NCBI RefSeq assembly: GCF_018977255.1
Contig: NW_024704743.1
Span: 107,944,001 to 108,008,000 of the forward strand
Length of the DNA stretch: 64,000 bases
Origin: Callorhinchus milii
Taxonomy: Eukaryota
Reading direction: 5' to 3'
Below, one piece after another: positions 27,600-40,445 of this stretch. Under the pieces are notes generated by a model. It made no database searches, was not told the origin of the DNA, and worked only from the letters and a program-made list of their open reading frames with translations. Within the stretch, counting starts at the first letter, position 1; every line of letters starts with the position of its first letter. The position numbers and the translations under genes were made by a program.

Positions 27600-28000
27600 T
27601 AATAATCCTTGGTTTTGATATACCGCCTTATCACTTCATTGAGAAGTGTCAAAGTGCTTCACAGGATTTACTGTAAAATGTTATGGAATCTTGCATTGCA
27701 GTACAGCAATGTCCCACAAACAACGATGAAGTGAATAACCAATTTATATCCGGGGAATTGATGGCCAAGACACCGGGAGAAACTCCTTTCACTAATAGTG
27801 CCATCCGGATCTTTAACATCCACCTGAGCAGACAGGGCAGGGCCAAGGTTTATTCGAAGGACAGCACCTACAACACAGCCCCGCACTGCATTGGAGTGAC
27901 AGCTTAAATTGTATGAGTTCCAAGTCTTGACGCGGGGGTTGAACCCTCAACTTTCCAACTCAGAGGTGAGAGTGCCGTCCACTGAGCCAGGCTGACACCT
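27600..28000 (-). mobile_element. Deu-domain SINE, near full length
   Basis: Head GTCAGCCTGGCTCAGTGG; core CAGGTGGATGTTAAAGATCC...GGCACTATT. Confidence 0.8.
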
Positions 28001-28699
28001 AAGCTATCCAGTGTTACACTAGCCTGTGATTTTGGACTGTCTCCTGTTAATGAATCCTGTGTGTTAGGACTCTCCAGGATCACACTAGCCTGTGAATTAG
28101 AACTTATAATAGGCACAGGCTTTCACCTCCGTCCAGGGAGGCACAGGCAAAAGATTAAAATTCCTACACACAGGAATTCAGGCTGTTTTGACAGAGTTCC
28201 AAAGCTACTGAAAACCATTAGCTTCACAGCAGAAGAATGTTTCTAGTGTTCACAAATGTTTTGAAAAAAACATTCAAACATTTCTTTTCAAACATCAACA
28301 CTGGTATCTGCAGCAAAAAAAACACATTCAAATGCAGTACTGATGCTTAATTAGTATTTCTGAATTTAATAAGCTTTTCCTACATAAAACCTCACTCTGA
28401 CAAGATGCAAAAAAATGTGTGAGCAGAGTTACACCCCAACTCTGTTACCACAAAATTTCAACATAATTGATACTATTCCCTTTCAAAACATCAGGAAATT
28501 GTATTTAAGCATATTCTGCAACTTTAAAATACATCAAATGTCCCCCAAAAAGTGTCAAGTGCTCAAGTTCTTTGGAATTATGTTTGAAACAGAAAGTTTT
28601 TATTGTGAAACTTCTTTGAAGCTGTTTAAAGGATATACAGGATAGATTCTTGTAAATTGGTCTGTATGTTCCTGTTGGATGTAATTCAATATTTTTTTT

Positions 28700-29130
28700 T
28701 AGTCAGCTGGGCATCTGACACATATGGAAACCTATTGCCATTCATGAGTACTCAAATCAGACAGAGTTTCACATGTGCATGCCACCTACGCGTAGAGTTT
28801 CCCTGTCTGAAATTCAATGTGCACTCTCTCCCTGAGCGACTCTCTGAGATTACCTAATTCTGGAGAGTATTAGGTGCACGGCTTGGGGGCTTCAGTGAGC
28901 GTTGGAGCACTTCTGGAGTTTAACCAGCTAAAAGCATACAGCTTGCCAATTTTAGCACTGGCAAGCTTCTTGTTACTTGTTTAGCTAGAACCACCTTATC
29001 CATTCGAACTTTGGTTTGCAGGATTAACAGGAGATGAGTGGGAAGAATCCCTGTTCCTAGTGACTGACTTGCTCCTTCAAGTCCTGCCAATGAGCACAAC
29101 TGGCTGGTCTGTCACCAGCAGTATCCTGGT
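28700..29130 (+). repeat. Unclassified ~450-bp interspersed repeat, copy B
   Basis: GATTACCTAATTCTGGAGAGT identical to copy A (28848-28868 vs 20814-20834). Confidence 0.75.
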
Positions 29131-30804
29131 TTTGGACTTTAGCATATTGTGTAATCTCCCCAAAACAAGAAAAATTTCCTTTGGGCAAGACATTAAACCA
29201 AGATTTCATCTGTCTGTTCAGGTGGATGTTAATGACCCCAGTGACATTACTTGTCCTTTCGCCCACAAAATACAGTCAATCAACTTTACTGTAAAGCACT
29301 TTTGAGATATCTCAAAAGTTTAGTGATATGGCACTATATCAAATGCAAGGATTATTATTATTATTACTTGGAAAGAGGAGGGAGTTTCTCCCGGTATTCT
29401 GGCCATCAATCCTCACCCAAAAAATCAGTCACTTCATGGCTGTTTGTGGGGCAGTGCTGTCCACAAATTGCTCTCTGGGTTCACCAAGAAATGCAATCAC
29501 TACACATAACAGTAAAATGCTGTGATGTGCTTTGAGATGTCTCAAAGACACAATAAAGTTATATCAAATACAAGGATTATAATAAAATACTGATTGGATA
29601 TATGTCAATACCAACAGCCCTTCATTTTTAACACATCAACTGCAAACTAGTCCAACAGATGCCAGTACATTAAGGTTTAAATAGAAAAGCTGCTTAAAGG
29701 TCACTAATATGAAAGGCTTATTTTATGACTTTACTAAATGTTTTTTATGTTAATAACTTATCTGCTAAAACATCACAGTGACAAATTAGGAAATTGTTGG
29801 TAATATACAAGTCAAATGTAATCAAAGCAAATCTGGGGAACCAATGTAATTTTTTTATTATTTGAATTAGATACTTTTTTTTATCTAATTCAAATTCTCT
29901 CTGTAACTAACTAGACAAAGGCAATTAGAGATAGGCTCTAGTCCAAATGCCCATCTGGGCCATTTATAAATGTCAAGATTTTCCATAAGGGTGGTGACAC
30001 TGATTGAGGAAAAACATGGCTAGGAAACAGGCTTAAAGCTAGAAATGAAGTCAAGCCTTCCAATTCCTGAAATGGGGATCAAAAAAAACTGTGTTTAGCA
30101 AAAGGCTTCACAAATAGTGACTCAGAGTGTCTAATGGTGAAGCTGACAGTAACTGAGACTATGCCACTTGCTGAGATACATACGTTTCAAAACAGGATTC
30201 CTGCAAGTTACTTACAAATACAGATGCTACATTTTACAATAAATCCTTTGAGATGATTTGAAAGCACCATAAGGCACTATGATATATAAGGTGAAAAATT
30301 ATTATTGTTCCAGACGCACACACAAAGAATGGGCTTTGGGTTCAGGGTGTGGAGAGCTGAGAAGGAAGGACTGCTGTCAAATCACATCACCCTAATTTCT
30401 TGAGGCAAATGAAACTCAGAAACATGTTTAGACAATCTCTTAGACATGGTCTAGAGACTATCTGAGTCAAAGACAGAATTTCTGTCGGTCTGTCACCAGA
30501 ATGTGAAGCTCACTCCTCTGGGAGGGCAGCTAGAAAAACAAGAATTTCTAAAAGTTGTAAAATTTCTGATGTAAAACCAAGGATTCAAATGCAGGAGAAA
30601 TCAAAACTGGGCAGATTAATCCAAGTAAAAAGTCACTCAAAGATGAAACTGAGCAAAACAAACAGTCCGGAGCATGCAACTGGTGCCGTAGGGAACCTTA
30701 GTGCTAACTCGCAGATCTCCCACACATCTTCAAGGACTGGGTAGTCAACATAGTCCATGCAATGTGTGCAGATAGAGATCATGTGCTAGTTGTAAAGCCT
30801 TGTT

Positions 30805-31250
30805 TTGGTCAGTCATGTCTGGCACTTGAGGAAACCCATCACTTTGCTTAAGAGCAGGCAAACCAGACAAGCGTTCCTCATACGTGTGCTACTTACACGT
30901 GAAAACTGTCCCGTGTCTGAAATGAGATGCGCACTCTCTCCCCAGAAGGACGCACCCTGCTTCCCCAAACCTGGAAATTGTAGGCGCAGGCTGGAGAGAG
31001 GCAAGCCTTAGGAACTCCAGAGTGTACACTGAGGTACTTCTAGAATTTAACCAGATAAAACTATGTAGTTCGCTACTGAGAGCACTGTCTGGTGCTTGTT
31101 CAGCTAGGATCACCCTACCTACCAGTCAGGGCTTGGCTTTTTGGATTAACAGGAGCAGAATGGTTAGTATCCCTACTGCCAGTAACCAGTCTGCCCCTCC
31201 AAGTTCTGTCAATGAACCAAGCTGGCTGGTCTGTCATTAGAGGTATCTTG
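30805..31250 (+). repeat. Unclassified ~450-bp interspersed repeat, copy C
   Basis: GGATTAACAGGAG and CTGGCTGGTCTGTCA shared with copy B. Confidence 0.75.
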
Positions 31251-31555
31251 AAATACTCGCCTGGCTCAGGAACCGGACTATCGAGACCATCACACAGGTT
31301 TGCCTCGATTTCGACATTCTGTCACTCAATCCACAACTGTTTGTGGGACACTGCAGTGGGCAATTGGCTGCCGCGTTTCGCCAAAGTGTACAGACAACCC
31401 ATTGGTGCTGCCCACAAATAACAGTCACGACACTTCACAGAAACTTTGTGAAGCACTTTGAAACATTGAACATTAAAGCTGCTAAAGCAAATGCAATGAT
31501 TATTATTTTTATTGGATAGAATTTACCCTACAGCACGAGTACAAATGGAGGAATG

Positions 31556-32485
31556 AACAACAAAAACAACAAGTTACATTTGTAGAGCGCCTTTCATGTC
31601 AGGAGGACATTCCAAGACACTGGACAGTCAGGGATTTCAACCCGAGCAGGAGGCTGGGATCAGGGAGGTGTGGAGGCCAGGGAGGGTAGGGGTAGGAGGG
31701 TGTCTAAATGTGTGGTCGAAGAGGAGGGTCTTGAGACGTGCTTTGAAGGAGGCAATGGGGGGAGCAAGACGAAGGGACTCTGGGACGGAGAAGCTGAAGG
31801 CCCGACCATTGATGGTGGGGCAGGCCGGGCGAGGGATGTGGTGCAGGCTGGAGGCTGCTGAGCAGAGAGGTTGATATGGGTATACCAATCATAAAAGCCA
31901 CTCCAGTCAGTGTTTCCAATAAAATAAACTAAAACAGCTGCAATTTAGAACTTTCAGGAAATACAACAACAACAACTTGGATTTATATAGTGTCCTCCAT
32001 GCCGGACGGCGTCTCAGAGCGCTTCACAGTAACGGATCCTGGGACCGAGCCGGGGGGAAGGGGAGGAAGGTGACCAAAGGCGCGGTCGAAAAGAAAGGTC
32101 TTCAGCAGAGACCTGAAAATGGGAAAGGAGGGAGTGAGACGAAGGGAGTGAGGGAGTTCCAGAGCCTTGGGGCATAGTGGCTGAAGGAGCGGAGGACTTG
32201 GGGGACGAGGAGGAGGCCAGACCCGGAGGAACAAAGGCAACGGCTACTATTTTGAGGAGAGAGGAGGTCAGAGAGGTAGTGGGGTGCGGAGGAGTGCAGG
32301 GACTTGAATACAAGGGTGAGGATCTTGAAATCGATCCTCTCTGAGATAGGCAGCCAGTGCAGTCTGGCAAGGACTGGGGTGATCGGGGAGCGGAGTTTCG
32401 TGTGGGTGAGAATGCGGGCAGCAGAGTTTTGAATGATTTGGATTTTATGGATGGTAGTGGATGGGAGACCGGCGAGGAGGGCCTG
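31556..32485 (-). mobile_element. Two tandem L2-type LINE 3' fragments (about 31556-31870 and 31963-32485)
   Basis: Two (CAA)n tails; LHWLP/IDFKI/LWNSL/FK..LKT motifs on the minus strand. Confidence 0.85.
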
Positions 32486-35033
32486 CTCCTATAATAATAT
32501 AATAAATAACACCTGCCAGCATTTACTTTTCAAGATAGGATTAAGTAAAGTCAGTGATATGAACTTACAATTTAAGTAAGTCATCTGAACACCTCCGTTG
32601 CAGTACGTCCTTACAATCCTCCTAACCTAACACTCCAGCATTGTGTGCATGTCGAGTTAACTCTAAAAGTCCACAAAGCAATTGGATATTCCATCTTTTG
32701 ATACAACAATCACACATAAAAATAAAGGAAAAAGTAACAAGGTTTGGTAGGGTGAGATCAGCCAAAAGGACTTACAAACAACATAGCATGTCAGGGCACT
32801 GAAAGCATTTTTAAAAAACAAACAAGGGCGTTACAAAGAGCTATAGAATATTTTTATTCCAGATAAATATTTGGGATATCTTGTATACACACACACAGAC
32901 ATAAATCAAAACATTTATGACAGTGTTCGCCCATATATAATGTTGGAAACGGGGGAGGGGGAGGTAGGAAAAGATATCATTCTTAACTTGGAAACTATTT
33001 CTAAACTATTCATGCTACTACCCACCTTCTCATTTATCCCATGCCAGTTTATCGGGTTAACAGATGCCAGGTTACATATTGTATCACAGTCAGCAGCAAT
33101 GTTTTGGCAGCACAACAGATCAAGAACATTCACATTGGCTTCACAGATCATTGGTACAATAATGATGCAGAACACAAAACAAGTACATTTCAGCCATACT
33201 TTGATATACAGTGCCATCTAGTGAGGAAACCCTGCAACTTTAATCCACCCTTGGTACCAGCAAATCTTTCCAATTAAGCAAATCTTCACGGGCTACAAAA
33301 GCTATTTCCCACCCACCCCAAACATATAGACTGAATTAAAAACAACTACTTGATCGATATATGAAAATGAAATCTTGGTTAATTCAAAGCAATCCAGTTA
33401 TATTTTCGTGCTGTTTATGCTATTCCAGCTCATCAATTTAGGATGTATTACTACACAGCAAATCCCTTGGCAAATAAAACCACTTAAAAATATATCAACA
33501 TAGATTATTGGCCCAAAATTCCAACGTTAAGTACATTCATGATTTCTTTTGACTAGATACAAATACATAAGCCGCAAAGCAAATGTTCATTTTGTGATAT
33601 TTCGAAGATTTAAGAAGTCATTTCTGTGTATGTCCCTTTTCTGTGATTGGCAGTTTTCAGCAGTACACTCACTATTTGTTTGGGCACATTCCCTTCCCTT
33701 TCTGCACATTTTGTGCTGAACACTCATCATTGACAAGATTTCAGAAGCTCATCATCAATGAGATGTTCGTTAAGATAGTGCATGAACACGCAAATCTACT
33801 TCTCTTTTCACAATATCCTTCAATCCCTACAGAAAGACACCTAGTTGCCTGCAGAACTAATTCAACAGCTTCCTACTAACACGTTCTGTTGTAACTCTTC
33901 GTGTGTTCATCCATTCCTGGCACCTCTTTATCTCTCAGGTCTTTTCCTACCCTACTTCTCCCCTCGCCTAACCCCTCAGCTAACTCAGGGTTGCCGCATG
34001 CTCCCCACAACCTCTCTGCACCACCATTGGTGGCCGAGCCTTCAGTTTCTATGCCACTAACCTCTGGAAATCTCTCCCTCTATCATGGAGTCCTGTCGCT
34101 TAGTGGTTAGAGCACTCGCCTCTCAAGCGAGAGGACCTGGGTTCAATTCCCCTGACTCTTGCTCAGCATCTAATCCTGTCCTTGTAAAGTACTCCACAGA
34201 CATTACTCTATGTGAAGGACACCTAAATGCAAGTTATTGCTTGTGTATGTATATGTATATATAATATATAAGTAGTAGTTAGTGGTTAGAGTATTAGCCT
34301 TCTTTAGTTTCCTTACTTCACACGCCTCTGTTCACCTAGCAGTAAGTAGGAACCCGGTTGTTAGTCGATTGGTGGATCACTTTTCTGGGAATAATAATCC
34401 CTTGAAAAGAAATACTGGCAATAATTTGGTCACTCAATGCACGATTGTTTGTGGGACAATGCTGTGCGCTATTGGCTACTGCGTTTTACACACAATATAT
34501 AGTCACTACAACAACCATATACAGTCACTACTACAACAACTACTTTACAGAGTATCTTGTGATGCATTTTGAGACATCTCAAAGATGTGATAAGGCACTA
34601 GCTAAAATGCAATCAAATTATTATAACATGTACAGAAAATGATGCCAAGTTTGCCTTCACTTTCCCAGCTCCTTAATTGTTAGCATGTAAACCCTAGTAT
34701 TTTAACTCTTTAACCCCACTAAATAATTTGACTTACTTCTGCTTCATGTCTTTGTTTCTATATAGGACAACTTGTGATGGACCCGCCATTTTTACGGTTC
34801 AGAGGTCTAAGTCCATTGCTCACTCAACACCAATAATTGAACAATCTGCTACTGAACTGTTCCAGTGGTCACAAAATTGCAAACTATTTCATATTCATAC
34901 TCAATAGGACCACTCAAAACTGTGCTGACTGCTCTCGAGTACTGACGAAATAACACATTTTTCCACCCAATAAAGAACTTTGCTGAATATATTTGCCATC
35001 ACAACCAGTTGGTTTATAAAAGAAGGTGCTTAC

Positions 35034-35072
35034 CTTTTTCTTCCTTCTTCTCTTCTGACTCAGATCTTTTAT
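35034..35072 (-). CDS. ASPH: ASPH small exon (D)KRSESEEKKEEK; 39 nt, phase 1/1
   Basis: cttccag|AT AAA ... AAA G|gtaagc; position and charge match the short exon that precedes KKKKPK in human. Confidence 0.85.
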
Positions 35073-35894
35073 CTGGAAGATTACAAAAACAGCATTACAT
35101 TGGTTTAGGGAATATCTAAAAACGTGTTCCTAATCCCTGAACACTTCACAACCCGTACTTGATCACACAAGACCAGAGGCTACAACAACAACAACTTGCA
35201 TTTATATAGCGCCCTTCACACCGGATAGAGTGTGGGAGCACTTAGATCCGAGGCTACTATGAAATTAAGAAACAGCAATAAACTAATAAATAAAACTGCA
35301 AACATTCAGGCCGTGTGAGGATGTTTTGTTCTTAATGGTTTGTGATCAATATCTATAGAGGGATATAGAAGATGAAACTATTTACCTGACTCTGCATTTT
35401 AAAAAAATGTACATATTAAACAGTATTATAAATAGGTACCCAACACATTGGGCAAATATACTTGTGTGTGTAAATATATGCATATATTTGTATTGTATAT
35501 TCTATTTATGGAACTGAGATTAAACAGAGAATAAATGCATCATTTTCTGAAGGAACGTCAATCCACACTGCTTATTTAAGAATAATGATTTTTTTACAGG
35601 CATCTTTCAACATAAATTGCAGCATCGAGAAAATTGTACGTAAAACAGCGTTGCACATAAGCATAACATAGAAGGACACGATTGCACACATAATCATAGA
35701 TACAAGAACGCTTCACACCATGATTCTGCAACATTCACCCTCGCACTCACACAACAGCTGTAGCCAGTGAATGTGCACTGGATCTAAAACAAATTCTTCA
35801 CAACCATTTCCAAAGAGTAAAAGATTAAAACATTTCACATTTTAACTTGATCAAAATCCGTATTTTAATTTTTTTTAAAAAAAACAACAACTCG

Positions 35895-37365
35895 CTTAAG
35901 TATTTTGAGGAAGTTTTATTGCTGACAAGTGACATTCCCAAAGACAACAGGATTTGTATCCACATTTCATGCAACAAAATAAAAATGACATTAATTGTAA
36001 AAGCAAAATTTCCTTTACTCAGCATGGCATTGACGAAGACTAGTTTAAAGTCAGTTAGTGCATGTGTCATATTCTACGTCAATTTGGCTGTCTGGGAGCT
36101 GAGAACAATCGATAAAATAAACGAACCACACTGATAGTGTGACATAACCCTAACCTTGGATAAGATCAACCTCCTTTGCTTGCGTCTTTTTAAAAACTAA
36201 ACCATCTCCTTTCCCAAATATCCCACACCCTTTTGAACTTTATGGCTTTTTTTAAAAAAAATTCAATACTTTACATAAAAATGAGAAGAGCTACGACTAA
36301 TGCTTGTCCACTTTCAGTCACAAGGCTACTTTAAAAAGTCATACACAGATGATAGTACATCACAGTTAAGGGCAGTTATTGCTAAGTCTGACAATTCATC
36401 ACAGTTCCGTTGAAAAATTTTGTTTTAAGAAAAACACACTCCAATTTCTTACTGAAAATAGTGTTCTAGTAAAAACTCCCTGCCATTATTGTAACCACTT
36501 TTTATACAAAGGTCAGTGCAGATCTGAATGAATCGCCTTCACACCAAGGTCTTGGCAGGTACATTCCACACATGCCACAGAAAAAGATTACAGCTTAGCA
36601 CTGATACCAAATTTGTTACTTGAACATAAAAAAAAATCGTTGCTTCAACCTGCTTTCCAAAAAAAAAGTAAAAGGTTTAAACGTCTGCATTTCTTCTGCT
36701 AAATGGTCACACCTTGCTCACATGGAATCTTAAAATTTACTGCATCTACTCAGCGAAGTCCACTCTGCCATCTGCTTATTAAAAATAAAAATCATTTACA
36801 CATGGTTATTAAATTTTTCATTTTAACTTATATATTATCTTTGTGTAAGTTAATTCCTCATCAGTGTTTGAGAACAGACTTCTTTTTGAGAACACACAGC
36901 AGACTGATTAATAGATTTCTCACTGATTATCCACCACTACACTTGTTACTGTCACCTAATTAGCTTTAGAAGCATAGAAATTTACTTCACAGAAGAGAGC
37001 CATTCAGCCCATTGCGTCTGTGCCTGCTCCCTCAAGAGCAATCCTTTTAGTTTCAAGTTTGTAAAGCAAAAAAAAATACTATGCACCTTACATAATTCAA
37101 AAAAGCGTACTAGAACTTTGTTATATTTTTTAAAAAAAACACGCACACACACTTTAAAAACACAATGCGGTAGGGGGGTGGGTGGGGGAGGCAGCAAAAA
37201 AAAATCCACAAATCAGTGTTTTTTTGCCCAAATCACATTATCTTCGATCCCAGAGGTCGGACACCATTTGCTTCAACAAGAAAAACACACAAAAAAAGTC
37301 ATCTTAGTGGAATGTAGAGTGGCCTGGTCCATTTGTGTTTGAAGTCTCTGTGATGAGTTAAAGAT
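35895..37365 (-). other. ASPH: Candidate junctate-type alternative terminal exon: (D)L-stop plus AU-rich 3'UTR
   Basis: tttgtgttttacag|AT CTT TAA (stop 37358-37360), lying between the 48822 and 35034 exons. AATAAA at 35915-35920 (minus) is followed by a GU/U-rich tract. The 3' boundary is inferred. Confidence 0.65.
35915..35920 (-). promoter_or_regulatory. Candidate poly(A) signal of the junctate-type isoform
   Basis: Minus strand reads AATAAAACTTCC...GAGTTGTTGTTTTTTT (hexamer plus downstream GU/U-rich element). Confidence 0.45.
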
Positions 37366-37569
37366 CTGTAAAACACAAATGTTTAAATTAAATGCCCTGA
37401 CAGACAACAGCGGAATTGATTGATTAGCATTCTGAGATGCATCGTATTAATCTGCACCTTAGACCATTCTTGATCTTGTTGATTTGGCAAGGGGCATTGT
37501 GGTGTTTAACCTTCTGATAGAACTTACTTCACAAATAATAATAATTCTTGCATTTGATATAGTCCCTTT

Positions 37570-37883
37570 CATAATAATCCTTGCATTTGATATAGCGCTT
37601 TTCACGTCGGGAGGACGTCCCAAAGCGCTTCACAGAACACACTGTAAAGTGAATTGACTATATTTGTGGGCGAACGCGGCAGCCAATTGCACACAGCAAT
37701 GTCCCACGAACAGTCGTAGATTGAAAATGACCAATTTTATTATTGTTTTTGGTTTTGGAGGGATTATTATTAGGCTCTGTGTGGAGTAAGAAAACTTGCC
37801 CAAGGTTTCGCCCTCTGCCTGGAATTGAACTCAGGTCTCTCGCTTGCAAAGTGAGTGCTCTAACCACTGAGCTACAGGACTCC
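37570..37883 (-). mobile_element. tRNA-derived SINE, young subfamily
   Basis: Very similar to the 59445 copy. Confidence 0.9.
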
Positions 37884-37954
37884 ACAATACAGGACTCCAC
37901 TTCATGTCAGGAGGATGTCTCAAAGAGCTTTACAGTATTTACAGTAAAGCAAGG

Positions 37955-38217
37955 TCACTGACCAATTTTATCTGGGAGATTGTTGACCAGGATTACAGGA
38001 TAAACTCCTTTGTTTTCAAATAATACCACGGAATCTTTAATGTTCACCAGAATAGGCAGGACTTCGGGTTAACGTCCCTTCAAAAGGAGGGCACCTAAAG
38101 CAACACAACCTGGACCCTCCCGATCAAGACTATGTGAGCACAAAGTCCCAACATGAGACTCAAACCCACAACCTTCTCACTTGGAGGCAAGAGTGCTACC
38201 AACTGAGCCAAGCTGAC
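37955..38217 (-). mobile_element. Deu-domain SINE, 5' part
   Basis: GTCAGCTTGGCTCAGTTGGTAGCACTC head plus Deu core. Confidence 0.72.
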
Positions 38218-39542
38218 TTACTACATCAAATGCAAAGATTATTTTTATTCAATATTTAAAAATATTTATCATAACATTACAAATTCCCATCCAGAATGAA
38301 AGCTAATCAAATAGCAACACCCTTTGATTGATAAATCCATTTCATTGGGAGTAAACTCTAGACATCCTTTCCAATAAGATTCTGAAGGCACATACTCCAC
38401 TGAATAGTATACAACATTAGGAGCATATAAGAGTAGAACTTTGTTATTTTACATTCAAGACCATTGTTACATTAAGAAATAACACTACAGGTAGAATTAA
38501 CACCCGCTTGACACAGCAATTAGAATTTGTGAGGTTCGATCTGTGACTATGTCAAAAGGACTGCATTAGGCTGTGGTTTAAACTTTTCAAAGAACAGAAA
38601 ATCTTGTCATCTAACTGACCCATCCTGCACCATGGTCCTTACCCACATATTACGATTAAGTAACTGTTTAGCCATACATAGTGTATCCTGTGAACCGCTT
38701 TGAGACATCTCAACGACACGATAAGGCGCAATATCAAATGTAAGGATTATTATTATTACATACTGAAAGGTGCGGCTTTCAGCAGTTGCAAAAAATGGAT
38801 AAATTACCAAAAGTCAGCCCAATCTTAGTAAAAAAAAATCAATGGTCAAAAAATTGCTGCAACTTGGATCAAACAGAAAAGTCTTTTCTTTTTGTTTGCA
38901 CATGGTTTTCTGAAGTGCATTATTGACGCAATGCAAAATGTCTCCATTATACAAAGCCTTAAAGATGCAATGTGTTTAAAATGCAAACTTGGGTGTCTGA
39001 TAAGAAGAAGCCAATGTTAAGTTCAGCTGCAATCTGAAATCCTGGTTAAACAACTCATCAGGTGTTAGTGAGAAACGGTCGCTTTCACTGCATCAACAAG
39101 CACTAATTTATCAGAGGAACTCTATTGACAGTGAGACAACAGCGAGATACTGCCTTTTGTTTCAATGGTAGTATTCTCGCCTCTGAGTCAGACGATTGTC
39201 TGATATAGTCCATGCAGACGCTCTAGTGTCAGTGAAGTGCTGGGGGCTGTTGCATTGTTGGAGATACAGTCTGATGAGACCTTAAATCGAGGTCCCGTCT
39301 TCCTGTTCAGGAGAATGCTTAAAGAAAAGTGAGTTTCTCCCCTTGGCCAAGCCAACATTCGCCAAAATAAAAATTGATCATTCACTTCACGGCTGTTGTG
39401 GGACATTGCTGTGCACAAATTGGTTCCCACGTTTGCCCACAAATAGACAAGTCACTCCACTTCACAGTAAATCCTCTGAAGCGCTTTGGGACGTCTCCTG
39501 ATGTAAAATGCGCTGTATCAAATGCAAGGATTATTATTTTAA

Positions 39543-40445
39543 TTACAACTTGCATTTATACCGCCGCTCACGCAGGGTGAGCGCTTGATAGCAAGAGAGT
39601 ACAACACCGAGCCGAGGGTAGGTGACAGTCGGCACAGTCGAAGAGGAAGGTCTTCAGACGCAATCTGAAGATGGATAAGGAAGGGGCAAGGTGCAGGGAT
39701 AGAGGAAGAGTGTTCCAGAGTTTTGGGGCATAGTGGCTGAGGGCACGGCCGCGATGATGGAACGGAGGGCACGAGGGACATGCAAACGGCCGAAAACAGT
39801 TGAGCGGAGGCAGTAGGTTGTGAGTTAAGCAGATTGAAGAGGTAGGGAGGTGCCAGGGCATGAAGGGATTTGAAAACGAGTGAGGGGATCTTGAACATTT
39901 CATTTTCAGGTCTCTGTTGAAGACCTTTCTTTTCGACCGCGCCTTTGGTCACCTTCACCCCCCCCCCGGCTCGGTCCTGAGATCCGTTACTGTAAAGCGC
40001 CCTGAGGCACCGTCCAGCGTGGAGGGCGCCATATAAATCCAAGTTGTTTTTGTTGAAATCGATCTGTTCGGCAATAGAAAGCCAGTGGAGGCTGGCTAGA
40101 ACTGGTGTGATGGGGCTACGGAGTCTAGTGCGGCTGAGTATGTGGGTGACAGAGTTTTGGATCAGCTGGATCCTGTGCATGGTGGAGTTGGGGAGATCAG
40201 CAAAGAGGGCATTTGAAAATTCGAGCTGGGAGGTGACGAACGCATGGACGAGTGTTTCAGCTGCATCTGGGGTAAGGTGTGGTCTGAGCCGGGCAATGTG
40301 GCGGAGGTGGAGGAAGGCAGACCTGGTCAGAGACCGAATGTGGGGAAGAAAGGACGGCTGTGGGCTGAAACAGACGCCTAGGTTGCGCAGTGGTTCGGTG
40401 AGGCTGAGGAGATAGTCTGAGGCACAGGATAGAAGACATTGACGG
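39543..40445 (-). mobile_element. L2-type LINE ORF2 3' fragment with an inverted L2 3' end nested at about 39896-40055
   Basis: RNLGV...FLHLRHIARLRPHLTPDAAETLVHAFVTSQLEFSNAL...LHWL..IDF, interrupted before KI. Confidence 0.88.
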
